A stretch of DNA of 64,000 nucleotides from Candidatus Micrarchaeota archaeon (GTDB lineage Archaea > Micrarchaeota > Micrarchaeia > Norongarragalinales > Norongarragalinaceae), in assembly GCA_016207165.1 (NCBI GenBank), contig JACQQD010000012.1, positions 1-64,000 on the forward strand. The letters are read 5' to 3'. This document shows, one piece after another, positions 45,507 through 55,259 of this stretch (position 1 is its first letter; each line of letters starts with the position of its first letter). The notes beneath the pieces are model-generated. The model ran no database searches. It had not been told where the DNA came from and worked only from the letters and a program-made list of their open reading frames with translations. A program made the translations under genes and the position numbers.

Positions 45507-48254
45507 ATGCCTGTCGAGTTCTTGCCTTTGTTGTTGGCCTTTACCGTCTTGACGGTGCCCGGCATCGCGATGAGCTTCGCGCTCTTGCGAGGCACGTCAC
45601 TGAACCGGGCGGACAAGGCGCTCTTGGGCGCGGTTTTGGGTTTTGTCGCGGTGCCGCTTCTTTCATTCGTTGAATACTTGTTTCTGGGCATCGGCTTTAG
45701 CGCGCAACTGGTTTTGGCCAATTCGCTTTTGGTGTTGTTGGCGTCGCTTTTCGCCATGCACCTGCAGGGCGCGAAAATAAAAAAGCCCTCCCTGGGCGTG
45801 GATCTTTCAGGGGGTGCCCTGGACGTCCTCAAACGACACAAGAAACCCGCCATCTACCTCGCGCTTCTGGCCATCATGGCCCTGACGTTCTACGTGCGTT
45901 TTGCGCCTGCCTTTGACGCCACGTTTTTCGAGTTTGACCCGTATTACTACGAAAAACTCACGGAGCGGCTCGTCACCGCGGGGCACATCGACGCGTTTAG
46001 CGGCGACGCGTACTACCCGGAAAAGGCGTTCCAAGCCTGGCCGCCTTTGACGCAGTACCTCACCGGATCCTGGTACCTCTTGCACCAGTTCTTCGCCGGC
46101 CAATCCTACGACAAGACCACACTGATTTTGGTTTCCCAACTTTATCCCCCGGTGGTGGCCGCGTTCATGGGCTTTGTCGCGTTTTTGCTGGTGCGCACGG
46201 AATACAACGCGTACTACGGCCTAGTTGCCGCCGGCCTCATGGCGTTCACGCCGCAATTGGTCAAAAAATTCGGGGCCGGCGTGGCCGAGACGCAGCCGTG
46301 GGCGCTTTTTGCCGCCGTGCTTTTGTTTGCGCTGGTGCTTTTGATGCTCAAGGAAAAAAGCTACCGACTCGGCGCCCTGGCCGGCATCGCCGCACTTTCC
46401 AACCTGCTGGGCAGCCAGCAATACATTTGGCCCATCATCGTGCTGGGCGTGTTCATCGGCATCCAAGGCGTCCTGTACTTCTTGTCCAACTCGTTTGACG
46501 CCAAAAAATGGCAGCTCTTGGGCCTGGTGACCGCCGGCGTGCTTTTGGGCAACACGATTTTGGCCCTGTATCAAGGCCAGTACATCATCACGTTTACCGA
46601 CCCCATTCCCATGACGCTGTTGGCGGCCTACGTTTTTGGCACCATCCTTTTTGCCGCCGCCAAGTTCCTGCCATTAAAGACCATGACGCACCGCGTCGGA
46701 GCCCTCGGCGCGATTACCGTTCTTGGAATTGTCGCCTCCAGCTTCACGCCGCTTCTGAACATTTTGGCCAACACCGTGTTAAGCCAGTCCCGCGCCGCGT
46801 TTGCGCGAGGCGCGTTGGGTCAAACCATTGCCGAGGAAGGCCGAACCGTGCCCAGCCTCTTTGAGCCCTCGTTTGGCTCATTGAATCCCCCGCTTTTGCT
46901 GGGATTGGCGGCTCTGGTCACCCTGCTGTTGGCCGTCGTGTGGCTGGCCCGCCGCGACCACGTCAAATCCGCCGGAGTCTTGGCGGTTTTCGGCTTTTCC
47001 TTGATTTTCCTCAACCCCGTGGTGGACTCCGGTCTTTCAGCCCTGGAAAAAGCCATCCAGAACCCCGACGTTTCCGGATTGATCAACCTGTTCATCCAGA
47101 ACGACGTCTTCGGATACCTGCTGATCGCCTTGGTTTCCGTGTCCGCCTTGTACCTGACGTTGCCGGAAAACCAGCGAAGCGAAACCACGCTCTTGATGGC
47201 GCTCATCGTTTTTCCCATCGCGTTTGTGGGCCTGAACAAACTCAAGTTCATCGTGCACTTGTCCGTGGGGTTGACCCTCGCTCTGCCGTACGTCTTGGGC
47301 GAAAGCCAGCGGCTCTTGGAAGCCCTCAACGAATGGTTCAAGGTGTTTGCCAATCCGGCATCGTTCCGCATCGGCGTGCTGGCGTTTTTACTAGCCATCG
47401 GAGCCTTCGGCGTCTTCGCGCAAAGCCAAACCGTGGGGCAGAGCATGACGGAATTGCAGTTCACGCGCATCCCATCGGATTGGGTGCAAGCCTACCAATG
47501 GATGAACGCCAACACCCCCGTGGATTCCCGCATCATGTCGTGGTGGGATTACGGGCACTGGACGAACTTTTTTGGCGACCGGGACTCGGTGCTGGCCCCC
47601 ACGAACTTGTACGGCAAATTCAACCACGGAGTGGCGCGGGCGTTCGTCAACGGCGACGTCGACGAGCTTTACGACCGCATGGATTTTCACCAGGCCACGC
47701 ACGTGCTGGTGGACGCCGACTTGGTCGGCAAATGGGGGGCGCTGGTGTACCTCAGCGGCACCTGCCAGCAATCCGACGTGGCCTTCTGCCCTAAAGCTCC
47801 GGACGTGAACCTCTCCAACAGCCCCGGACAAAGCAAGTACGAAACGGAACACTACTTTGAAACCCTCGCCGTGGTGGGCAACTGCCCGGCATCGCTGACC
47901 GGCGTGCCGGTTCCGGCCATGCAAAGCAGCTTCGGCCTGGTGTACTGCGTAACGCAAAACGAGTTGCTGTTGGTGACCAACGACGGCCAACTCTCCGGCA
48001 CGGCCAGGTCCTACAAACTGGTCGGCCGCGACAACATCACCCAACTCTCCGAAAACGAGTCCTACTTGTTTGCCATCGGCGAAAACCAGTTCATCAACGT
48101 CAACCCCGACCTGGAACCCTTCAACATGAAAAGCAACGTCTTTAACGCGGCATTCACGCGCCTGTACTTCTTCGAATCCCTGCCCGGCTTTGAACTGGCG
48201 TACCGGTCCCCCAACAGCCAAGTCAAAATCTTCAAGTACACCGGCCGGCCTTGA
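45507..48254 (+). CDS. aglB: oligosaccharyltransferase AglB (STT3)
   Basis: EFDPYYY, TIAE and SWWDYGHW motifs; multi-TM. Confidence 0.92.
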   Translation: MPVEFLPLLLAFTVLTVPGIAMSFALLRGTSLNRADKALLGAVLGFVAVPLLSFVEYLFLGIGFSAQLVLANSLLVLLASLFAMHLQGAKIKKPSLGVDLSGGALDVLKRHKKPAIYLALLAIMALTFYVRFAPAFDATFFEFDPYYYEKLTERLVTAGHIDAFSGDAYYPEKAFQAWPPLTQYLTGSWYLLHQFFAGQSYDKTTLILVSQLYPPVVAAFMGFVAFLLVRTEYNAYYGLVAAGLMAFTPQLVKKFGAGVAETQPWALFAAVLLFALVLLMLKEKSYRLGALAGIAALSNLLGSQQYIWPIIVLGVFIGIQGVLYFLSNSFDAKKWQLLGLVTAGVLLGNTILALYQGQYIITFTDPIPMTLLAAYVFGTILFAAAKFLPLKTMTHRVGALGAITVLGIVASSFTPLLNILANTVLSQSRAAFARGALGQTIAEEGRTVPSLFEPSFGSLNPPLLLGLAALVTLLLAVVWLARRDHVKSAGVLAVFGFSLIFLNPVVDSGLSALEKAIQNPDVSGLINLFIQNDVFGYLLIALVSVSALYLTLPENQRSETTLLMALIVFPIAFVGLNKLKFIVHLSVGLTLALPYVLGESQRLLEALNEWFKVFANPASFRIGVLAFLLAIGAFGVFAQSQTVGQSMTELQFTRIPSDWVQAYQWMNANTPVDSRIMSWWDYGHWTNFFGDRDSVLAPTNLYGKFNHGVARAFVNGDVDELYDRMDFHQATHVLVDADLVGKWGALVYLSGTCQQSDVAFCPKAPDVNLSNSPGQSKYETEHYFETLAVVGNCPASLTGVPVPAMQSSFGLVYCVTQNELLLVTNDGQLSGTARSYKLVGRDNITQLSENESYLFAIGENQFINVNPDLEPFNMKSNVFNAAFTRLYFFESLPGFELAYRSPNSQVKIFKYTGRP

Positions 48255-48283
48255 CGGGCGGCAACGGCACCTATAAAAACACA

Positions 48284-48303
48284 ATGTAAAGTATACTTTA
48301 CAT
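48284..48303. promoter_or_regulatory. perfect palindromic box ATGTAAAGTATACTTTACAT
   Basis: Lies between TATAAAAA and the start codon of the GT4 gene, overlapping the ATG. Confidence 0.8.
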
Positions 48304-49414
48304 GCATTTTTTGGTGTTGGGCTCCAAAGAGTACCCGGTGGGGCAAGGACAAAACGCGGACCCCTTGCCTTCGGGAGGTATGGAACGATACACCCAGGAA
48401 CTAGCCGACGGCCTGAAAAAAGCCGGTCACGACGTGACGGTGGTCACCCGAAGATTCGGACGAAAAAAATACGAGGACCTCCGGGGCATCCGCGTCGAAC
48501 GCGTAGGCTGGATTTCGGGATTTTTCCTGCGCAATCCGTCGTTCAACCTCAACGCCTACCGCCGCGCGCGAAGCCTGGACTACGACGTCTGCATCGCCCA
48601 AGGCGCCCTGGCGACGTTGGCGGCGCTGGCCTTGAAGGCTGAAAAGAAAAAACCCGTCATCGCCCGGCCCGCAGGCGTGGCGTTTCTCCAACCTCAATAC
48701 CCCGCCTGGCTGAAGGCACTGCTTTACCGGTTGGAGCGGTTCGCGTACCGCCACGCCGACGCCGTCGTATTTCCCAACCCGCAAGAGCAAGAAGCGTTCA
48801 AAAAGAAACTCGGCTTCCGCCCGTCCCGCGCCGTGCTCATCCCGACGGGCGTCAACGCAAAGCGGTTCCGTCCCCGCAAAAAGGCCAAGAAACGCCAGCC
48901 CACCGTCGTGTTCGTCGGACGGCTCCAAAAAGTCAAAGGCACGCAATACCTCATTGACGCCATGGCGGGGCTGGACGCGAGACTGGACATCGTGGGAAGC
49001 GGTCCTGAAGAAAAGCACTTGAAGAAACGGGTGGCTGAAAAAGGCCTTGAAAAAAAAATCCGGTTCATGGGAAACCAAACCAATGTTGAACCCCTTCTTT
49101 CCAAAGCCGACGCATTCGTCCTGCCATCGCTGTCCGAAGGCCTGCCCATCGCGCTTCTGGAGGCCTGGGCCGCGAAGGTGCCGGCCGTGGTCACAGACAT
49201 CGGTTTGCCCGCCGAGAATGGAAAAGATGCCTTGGTCGTGAAACCCGGAGACTCCAACGCCCTGCGCCAAGCCATTGGACGCATTCTATCCAATGAGAAA
49301 CTGGCCCGCCGACTTTCAGAGAATGCGTACCGGCGCGTCATGCGGGAATACAACTGGGACCACGCCGTCAAAAAATACGTTGAGGTGGCCAAGCGCCTGT
49401 GTGCGGCATCGTAG
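48302..49414 (+). CDS. GT4 glycosyltransferase
   Basis: GGMERY, FVGRLQKVKG, SEGLPIALLEA. Confidence 0.9.
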   Translation: MHFLVLGSKEYPVGQGQNADPLPSGGMERYTQELADGLKKAGHDVTVVTRRFGRKKYEDLRGIRVERVGWISGFFLRNPSFNLNAYRRARSLDYDVCIAQGALATLAALALKAEKKKPVIARPAGVAFLQPQYPAWLKALLYRLERFAYRHADAVVFPNPQEQEAFKKKLGFRPSRAVLIPTGVNAKRFRPRKKAKKRQPTVVFVGRLQKVKGTQYLIDAMAGLDARLDIVGSGPEEKHLKKRVAEKGLEKKIRFMGNQTNVEPLLSKADAFVLPSLSEGLPIALLEAWAAKVPAVVTDIGLPAENGKDALVVKPGDSNALRQAIGRILSNEKLARRLSENAYRRVMREYNWDHAVKKYVEVAKRLCAAS

Positions 49415-51225
49415 GCGTGCTGGGTCTTTCGGACCGGCGGCTCATTGAACGCATGAAAAAAGCCGTGGCCCACCGGGGGCCGGACCAGCATGGCACGTAC
49501 ATGGGAAAAAGCGTGATGCTGGGCCACCAGCGCCTCAGCATTCTGGACCTCTCCGAGAAAGGACGCCAACCCATGGCAGACCACGAAGGAAACGTCGTGG
49601 TGTTCAACGGAGAAATCTACAACCACAAAGCCCTGCGAGGCGAACTGGAAAAAAAAGGATACCGATTCGTCAGCCAAAGCGACACGGAAGTCCTGGTACA
49701 CGGCTTTTCCGAATGGAAGAATGCCTTGCCCGAAAAGCTGGACGGCGAATACGCGTTTGCCGCCTGGAACGAAGACCGCCGCGAACTCCTGCTGGCCCGC
49801 GATGCCCTCGGCGTCGTGCCTTTGTACGTGGCGAAAACCCGCGACGCATTCTTCTTCGCTTCCGAACCCAAGGCGTTTTTTGAATTCGAAGGCATTCAAC
49901 CCAAACTCAATTCAAGCGCGCTGGATTCGTACCTCACGTACCGCTACCCCGTGGCCCCGGACACCTTGTTTGAAGGCATCCAAAAAGTCCGGCCCGGACA
50001 CGCCCTGACGGTGAACGCCAAAATCCGTCAACGACGGTTCTACGTTCCCCCCACGCAAGAAACCGCGGTAACGGCCACCGAAGCCCAAGCCCGCATCCAA
50101 GCGCTTTTCGCCGCTTCAGTCAAAAAGCGGCTGCAAAGCGACGTTCCGTTGGGTGCGTACCTCTCCGGGGGACTGGACTCAAGCTTCATCGTCGCCCAAA
50201 TGAGCCAATGGACCAAACCCCGCACCTTCTCCGTGGCATTTGGGGCGGAAGACGACGAGACGCCGTTTGTCGAGGAAATCGTCTCCCACTACGACACGAT
50301 CCACACCCCGCTTCATGTCGAGGCGGACCGCTTCGACTTGTTGCCTCAAATCACGTGGCACCTGGACGCGCCGGCCGCGGACATCGCCGCCCTCCCGACG
50401 TACCTCATGGCGCAAGCCACCAAAAAGTACGCCACCGTGGTGTTGACCGGCGACGGCGGCGACGAAGTGTTCGCCGGCTACAACCGGTACCAGCGGCTGT
50501 TGGCCTTGGAGCGCATCCGAAAAATTCCAGCGACTTGGACGCGTGCCGCCGCCCTCTTTCTGCCGAAAACCACGGCCGCCCGCCTAACGGAAGCCATGCA
50601 CGCGAAAAGCCGCGCCGAACTGGTCGTCGCGTACAGCGCCGCGTACTCGGAAAACGAGAAAACCGCGATGGGCGTAAAACCTTCCGGCATGGCGGTCCGC
50701 TTGGCGGAAGAGTTCTTCAAAACCGACCAGACCTTTCTCAACCAAATGCTGGCCATGGACCAAGCCACGTTGCTGCCGGACGACTACCTCTTGAAAGTCA
50801 ACACGCAAAGCATGGCGCACGGCGTCGAGGCGCGCGTGCCCTTCTTGGACACGGCATTGGTCAATTACGCCGCCACCCTTCCCGCGTCGCTCAAGGCCAC
50901 GTGGAAAACCACGCGCATCATCCAACGCCGCGCCATGAAAGCCATGGGCGTGCCGGAGAAAATCCTGAAACGGAAAAAACACGGCTTCAACGTGCCCACC
51001 GCGTCCTGGCTGAAACAAGGACTGATCGGAGTGGCGGAGCAATGCTTTGAAAGCCTGGACCAAAGAAAACTCATGAAACCCGGTGCAGGCCAACGCGTGC
51101 TGAAACAATTTGACGAAAGCCCGGCGTACTTTACGCGCCAGTTCTGGACGCTGTTGGGCCTGGAACTCTGGTGCCGTGTTTACTTGGATTGCGGAAAGCC
51201 CGTCAAACCAAAGTGGAAACTCTGA
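49399..51225 (+). CDS. asnB: asparagine synthase-like amidotransferase (glycan amidation)
   Basis: N-terminal CGI, HRGPD, FNGEIYN, LSGGLDSS, EARVPFLD. Confidence 0.9.
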   Translation: MCGIVGVLGLSDRRLIERMKKAVAHRGPDQHGTYMGKSVMLGHQRLSILDLSEKGRQPMADHEGNVVVFNGEIYNHKALRGELEKKGYRFVSQSDTEVLVHGFSEWKNALPEKLDGEYAFAAWNEDRRELLLARDALGVVPLYVAKTRDAFFFASEPKAFFEFEGIQPKLNSSALDSYLTYRYPVAPDTLFEGIQKVRPGHALTVNAKIRQRRFYVPPTQETAVTATEAQARIQALFAASVKKRLQSDVPLGAYLSGGLDSSFIVAQMSQWTKPRTFSVAFGAEDDETPFVEEIVSHYDTIHTPLHVEADRFDLLPQITWHLDAPAADIAALPTYLMAQATKKYATVVLTGDGGDEVFAGYNRYQRLLALERIRKIPATWTRAAALFLPKTTAARLTEAMHAKSRAELVVAYSAAYSENEKTAMGVKPSGMAVRLAEEFFKTDQTFLNQMLAMDQATLLPDDYLLKVNTQSMAHGVEARVPFLDTALVNYAATLPASLKATWKTTRIIQRRAMKAMGVPEKILKRKKHGFNVPTASWLKQGLIGVAEQCFESLDQRKLMKPGAGQRVLKQFDESPAYFTRQFWTLLGLELWCRVYLDCGKPVKPKWKL

Positions 51226-51291
51226 AGGATTAAAAATGCAGGAGACCTACCTGAAGAAAACGCCGCGCGTCCATGAAGTGAAAAAAATCAG

Positions 51292-52290
51292 ATGAACGAG
51301 TCCATCATCCTGACAGGCCTCCTGGTGGCACTGGTCACCACATGGGCACTGACACCCTTGGTCATCAAGGCCGCCACGCGCCGCGGATTTTTGGAACACG
51401 ACGACAACAAGAAGAAAAGGCCCCTGGTTCCGGGAATGGGCGGATTCGCTATTCTCGCCGGAATGATGGCCGGCATCCTCGTCGGCATCCTGTACGGCGC
51501 CTACGCCGAACCAGACCCCTTGCTGCAACGCACGCTTTTGGCCGGGCTTTCCACCGTGGCCATGGTCGCCATCGTCGGCGCCCTGGACGACTTGTTCAAG
51601 ATCCGTTTGTGGTTCAAAACGTTGCTGCCGGTGTTGGGTTCACTTCCCCTGGTGGCCACCAAAGCCGGTCAAAGCGTGATGAACCTGCCGCTTTTAGGTA
51701 CCGTGAGCCTGGGGCCGCTGTACAACTTCGTCTTGGTGCCCTTGGGCGTCACCGGCGCGGCCAATGCCGCCAATCTGACGGCCGGCTACAACGGCTTGGA
51801 AGCCGGCTTTGGCGTGGTGGCGTTCTCCACGTTGTTGATCATCGCCGTGCAAAGCGGCGCATTTCCAGCCGCCGTTTTGTTGGCTGCTGGCCTGGGCGCG
51901 TGCATCGGTTTCCTGAAGTACAACTGGTTTCCAGCCAGAATATTTCCAGGCGACGTCGGCACGCTTTCCATCGGCGCGCTTCTGGCATCCGCGGCCATCG
52001 TGGGAAACATGGAAAAATACGCCGTCATCCTCGTGCTTCCCGTCCTCTATGAGTTGACCGCCACAGTGTACTATTCCCTCAAAGGCGTTTCCCGCCGAAA
52101 AGCCGTGCACAGCCCCGTCATCGCCATGGACGGAACCCTTTCGCCGCCCCGAGGATCAAAGTACTACAACCTGCCGCATTTCATCCTGTCACGAAAACCC
52201 CTCCGCGAACCGCACCTCGTCCGGGTTTACTTGAGCCTGTTTGCGGCATCCGGCCTTTTGGCGCTGGCGACGTTTTGGCTGGGAATCTGA
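51292..52290 (+). CDS. aglH: UDP-GlcNAc:dolichyl-phosphate GlcNAc-1-P transferase (AglH/GPT)
   Basis: GALDD, ANAANLTAGYNGLE, PARIFPGDVG. Confidence 0.88.
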   Translation: MNESIILTGLLVALVTTWALTPLVIKAATRRGFLEHDDNKKKRPLVPGMGGFAILAGMMAGILVGILYGAYAEPDPLLQRTLLAGLSTVAMVAIVGALDDLFKIRLWFKTLLPVLGSLPLVATKAGQSVMNLPLLGTVSLGPLYNFVLVPLGVTGAANAANLTAGYNGLEAGFGVVAFSTLLIIAVQSGAFPAAVLLAAGLGACIGFLKYNWFPARIFPGDVGTLSIGALLASAAIVGNMEKYAVILVLPVLYELTATVYYSLKGVSRRKAVHSPVIAMDGTLSPPRGSKYYNLPHFILSRKPLREPHLVRVYLSLFAASGLLALATFWLGI

Positions 52291-52347
52291 CGGGTTTTTC
52301 AAAACACGAAACCACATCAATGCAACGAATTCTTGCGAGACGTTTCC

Positions 52348-53433
52348 ATGGGCATCACCGAAAAAATCAAGGAAATCGAAGACCAGATGGCCAAGACCCA
52401 GAAGCACAAGGGCACCGAACACCACTTGGGCATGCTGAAAGCGAAACTCGCCAAACTCAAAAAGGAACAACTCGGGGGGTCGGCAGGAGGAGGCGGAGCC
52501 GCCGGCGGGTTTGCCGTCAAGAAATCCGGGAACGCCACCGTCGCCTTCATTGGTCTGCCTTCCGTGGGAAAATCCACGCTCTTGAGCGCCTTGACGGGCG
52601 CGAAAAGCAAGGCCGCCGCCTACGCCTTCACCACGCTGACGTGCATCCCCGGCATGCTGCAATACAACGGCGCCAACATCCAATTACTGGACTTGCCCGG
52701 CATCATCGCCGGCGCCAAAACCGGCCGGGGGCGCGGACGGGAAGTGCTCGCCGTGGCCCGCTCCGCCGACCTGGTTTTGTTGATCGTCGACGTGTTTGAC
52801 CCCCATTACGCGTCCAAGCTCAAGGAAGAACTTTACGGCATCGGCATCCGGGTGGACGAGAACCCTCCGGACATCGTCGTCGAGACGGCCGTCCGCGGCG
52901 GATTGAACGTCGAGTTCACGAAAAAGCAGTCGGAACTCGACGAAAAAACCGTGACGGGCGTCGTCAACGAGTACGGCATCTTCAACGGCTCCGTCATCAT
53001 CCGTCAAAACGCCACCGTCGACGAACTCATCGACGTCTTGACCGCGAACCGGCGCTACATTCCCTCTTTGACCGTGGTTAACAAAGTGGATTTGGCCAAG
53101 GCATCCGATCTAAAGAAATGGGATAAAGGCTTCGTCGGCGTCTCGGCGCAGAACCGCGAGAACATCGAGCAACTCAAGGAAGCCATCTTCCAAAAACTGC
53201 AGTTAATCCGCGTCTACACCAAGACCCGCTTCAAAGGCCCCGATAAAGACGAGCCCATGATGCTCAAACGGGGCGCCACCATCGCGGATTTTTGCGACCA
53301 AGTGCACCGCGACATGCGTTCCCTCTTGAAGTACGCCCAAGTTTGGGGGGCGTCCGCCAAGCACCCCGGCCAAAAAGTCGGCTTAAGCCACGTCATTGCC
53401 GACGGCGACGTCGTGCAACTACACAAACGCTAG
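52348..53433 (+). CDS. DRG-family GTPase (OBG clan) with TGS domain
   Basis: GLPSVGKS, YAFTT, DLPG, NKVD, C-terminal TGS. Confidence 0.93.
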   Translation: MGITEKIKEIEDQMAKTQKHKGTEHHLGMLKAKLAKLKKEQLGGSAGGGGAAGGFAVKKSGNATVAFIGLPSVGKSTLLSALTGAKSKAAAYAFTTLTCIPGMLQYNGANIQLLDLPGIIAGAKTGRGRGREVLAVARSADLVLLIVDVFDPHYASKLKEELYGIGIRVDENPPDIVVETAVRGGLNVEFTKKQSELDEKTVTGVVNEYGIFNGSVIIRQNATVDELIDVLTANRRYIPSLTVVNKVDLAKASDLKKWDKGFVGVSAQNRENIEQLKEAIFQKLQLIRVYTKTRFKGPDKDEPMMLKRGATIADFCDQVHRDMRSLLKYAQVWGASAKHPGQKVGLSHVIADGDVVQLHKR

Positions 53434-53775
53434 TCGTTTTTGCCATGACCCACGGCGTCAACAAAAAAGTCAGTTCCCCCCCCCACAAGAAGGATTTCCG
53501 TTGAGGCTTAAGATCGGTCCTTTTTCGACAAATAATACCATAACGCCAATGCGTGTGCCAGCATTTCCTCCCCCCACCTTCTCTGCCGTTTGGCTGCCAA
53601 CAGAACCGTATTAAGTGTTAAAACAATTATCAGCAAAATGATTTCAAAAAAGGAGAGTTCAGGCAAAAATACTTTAAAAAAAATACAAAAAACAGCATGG
53701 TATTTATATTAATGGAAGTGGGGGGTGGGACAAGCAAAGTCCTATTACCCGGCTTGATGAAGGTATTCCAACGGC

Positions 53776-54513
53776 ATGAAGCTGAAGTTCTCCAGCATTT
53801 TAAGCGAAGTCCGGGACGAGTTCTCGCCTTACTCCGCCGACGTGCTGTACTTGGGCGGCTGCCCCCTTCGGTGTCCGTACTGCTTCGTGCCGGACTTGTT
53901 GGACACGAAAACCTGTGAAGAAAAAGACGTCGAAGAACTGGCCGCCTATTTTTTGAAGAAGAACACGCGGGCGCTCTCCGTCAAAGGAGGCGAACCCTTC
54001 ACGCAAGGCAACGCCCTGCTGCAACTGCTTCGCATGCTGAAAGGACACGGCGTCAAGACCAAAACGGAAACCGCCGGCTACTTCCCCGAAAGCCTGCGGG
54101 CCGCACTGGAGTGGCTGGACCACGCCGCCGTCGACGTCAAGACGCGCTTGGAGCCAAAAGCCTACCATGAAATGACGGGCGTCAAAGGCGACTTGGCGTT
54201 GATGAACCTCCTCAAAACGCTCGCGTTTTTGGAGTCCACGCCCTTTCCGGTTTTCCGGGAAATCCGCTTTACGGTGGTGCCGGGAAAAAACGATGACCCC
54301 AAAACCGTTCAGGACGTGGCGTCCTACGTGCGGAACTACTGCGATTTGTTCGTCCTCCAGCAATTCGACCCAAAACCCCGTTTAGTAGATGAACGCTACC
54401 GCGCCATGGCGGCAACCCCCATCCAAAGCCTAACGGACCTAGCCATGCTGGCGCGCAACCTGGTTCCCAACGTCGCCATTAAAACGGCAAACGGCGTGCA
54501 ATACCTGAAATGA
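53776..54513 (+). CDS. radical SAM activase, NrdG-like
   Basis: GCPLRCPYC, GGEP, VDVKT, LQQF. Confidence 0.82.
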   Translation: MKLKFSSILSEVRDEFSPYSADVLYLGGCPLRCPYCFVPDLLDTKTCEEKDVEELAAYFLKKNTRALSVKGGEPFTQGNALLQLLRMLKGHGVKTKTETAGYFPESLRAALEWLDHAAVDVKTRLEPKAYHEMTGVKGDLALMNLLKTLAFLESTPFPVFREIRFTVVPGKNDDPKTVQDVASYVRNYCDLFVLQQFDPKPRLVDERYRAMAATPIQSLTDLAMLARNLVPNVAIKTANGVQYLK

Positions 54514-55256
54514 TGCGGAAAATCAAGGAGTGGGGATACCAAGTCTACCACGGCAAGTTCCCGCCCGGCGCGATCCGCTTCCAATACAACGTGTCACTGG
54601 GACAAGAACTCACTGAAGAAAACCGCCGAGAAATCCAGGGAATCAAAGAACGCTTCGACTTGACGGACGTCTACGTCGGCCACGGCACCACCATCCAACG
54701 CAACGGGTCCGCCCACGCAATCTTGGGTCCGCCCGGCATCGGAAAAACCCGGCTATTGAAAAACCTGGAAAAAACCGGTGCCCTCACCGGCTTGGATGAC
54801 GGCCTCATCGTCCTGGGAAAAATGCGGGACGGCCGCATGGTCACCATCACCACCGGAACGCTTCGAACCAACCTGCGCAAAGCGTTCGTCGAACAAAAAC
54901 TCCGCGGCATGGCCGACTACAAAAGCCCGTACTTGGGGGAACCAAGCGGCAGAGAACTCACGACGCGCCTGAAAAAAGACGCCATCATTGCACGCATCGC
55001 CCAACTGGCCAGCTTGTTTCTATGGAAAGACCGAAAACCGTTCGAACCGCAAGCCATTGAACTGGGAAACGGCGTGTACGTCCAACACCCCAAAAACCCC
55101 TTCGCCTTCCGCCACGTCAACGAGTCCGGCCAAACCCGGAAACTAAACCAAGAGGAAATCGAAGAAGTCTTCGGCACCCACCTCCAATCCATCCCAAGCC
55201 AGCCCGGCTGGCACCATGAAGCCGCCGGGAGAATCAATGCGACGCCGGTGACTTGA
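54510..55256 (+). CDS. hypothetical P-loop protein (HPr-kinase-like motifs)
   Basis: HG..AILGPPGIGKT..LDDG. Confidence 0.55.
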   Translation: MMRKIKEWGYQVYHGKFPPGAIRFQYNVSLGQELTEENRREIQGIKERFDLTDVYVGHGTTIQRNGSAHAILGPPGIGKTRLLKNLEKTGALTGLDDGLIVLGKMRDGRMVTITTGTLRTNLRKAFVEQKLRGMADYKSPYLGEPSGRELTTRLKKDAIIARIAQLASLFLWKDRKPFEPQAIELGNGVYVQHPKNPFAFRHVNESGQTRKLNQEEIEEVFGTHLQSIPSQPGWHHEAAGRINATPVT

Positions 55257-55259
55257 ACC

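Noticed and set aside
51236-51295. 19-aa ORF MQETYLKKTPRVHEVKKIR overlapping the aglH start
   Set aside because: Too short and without independent support
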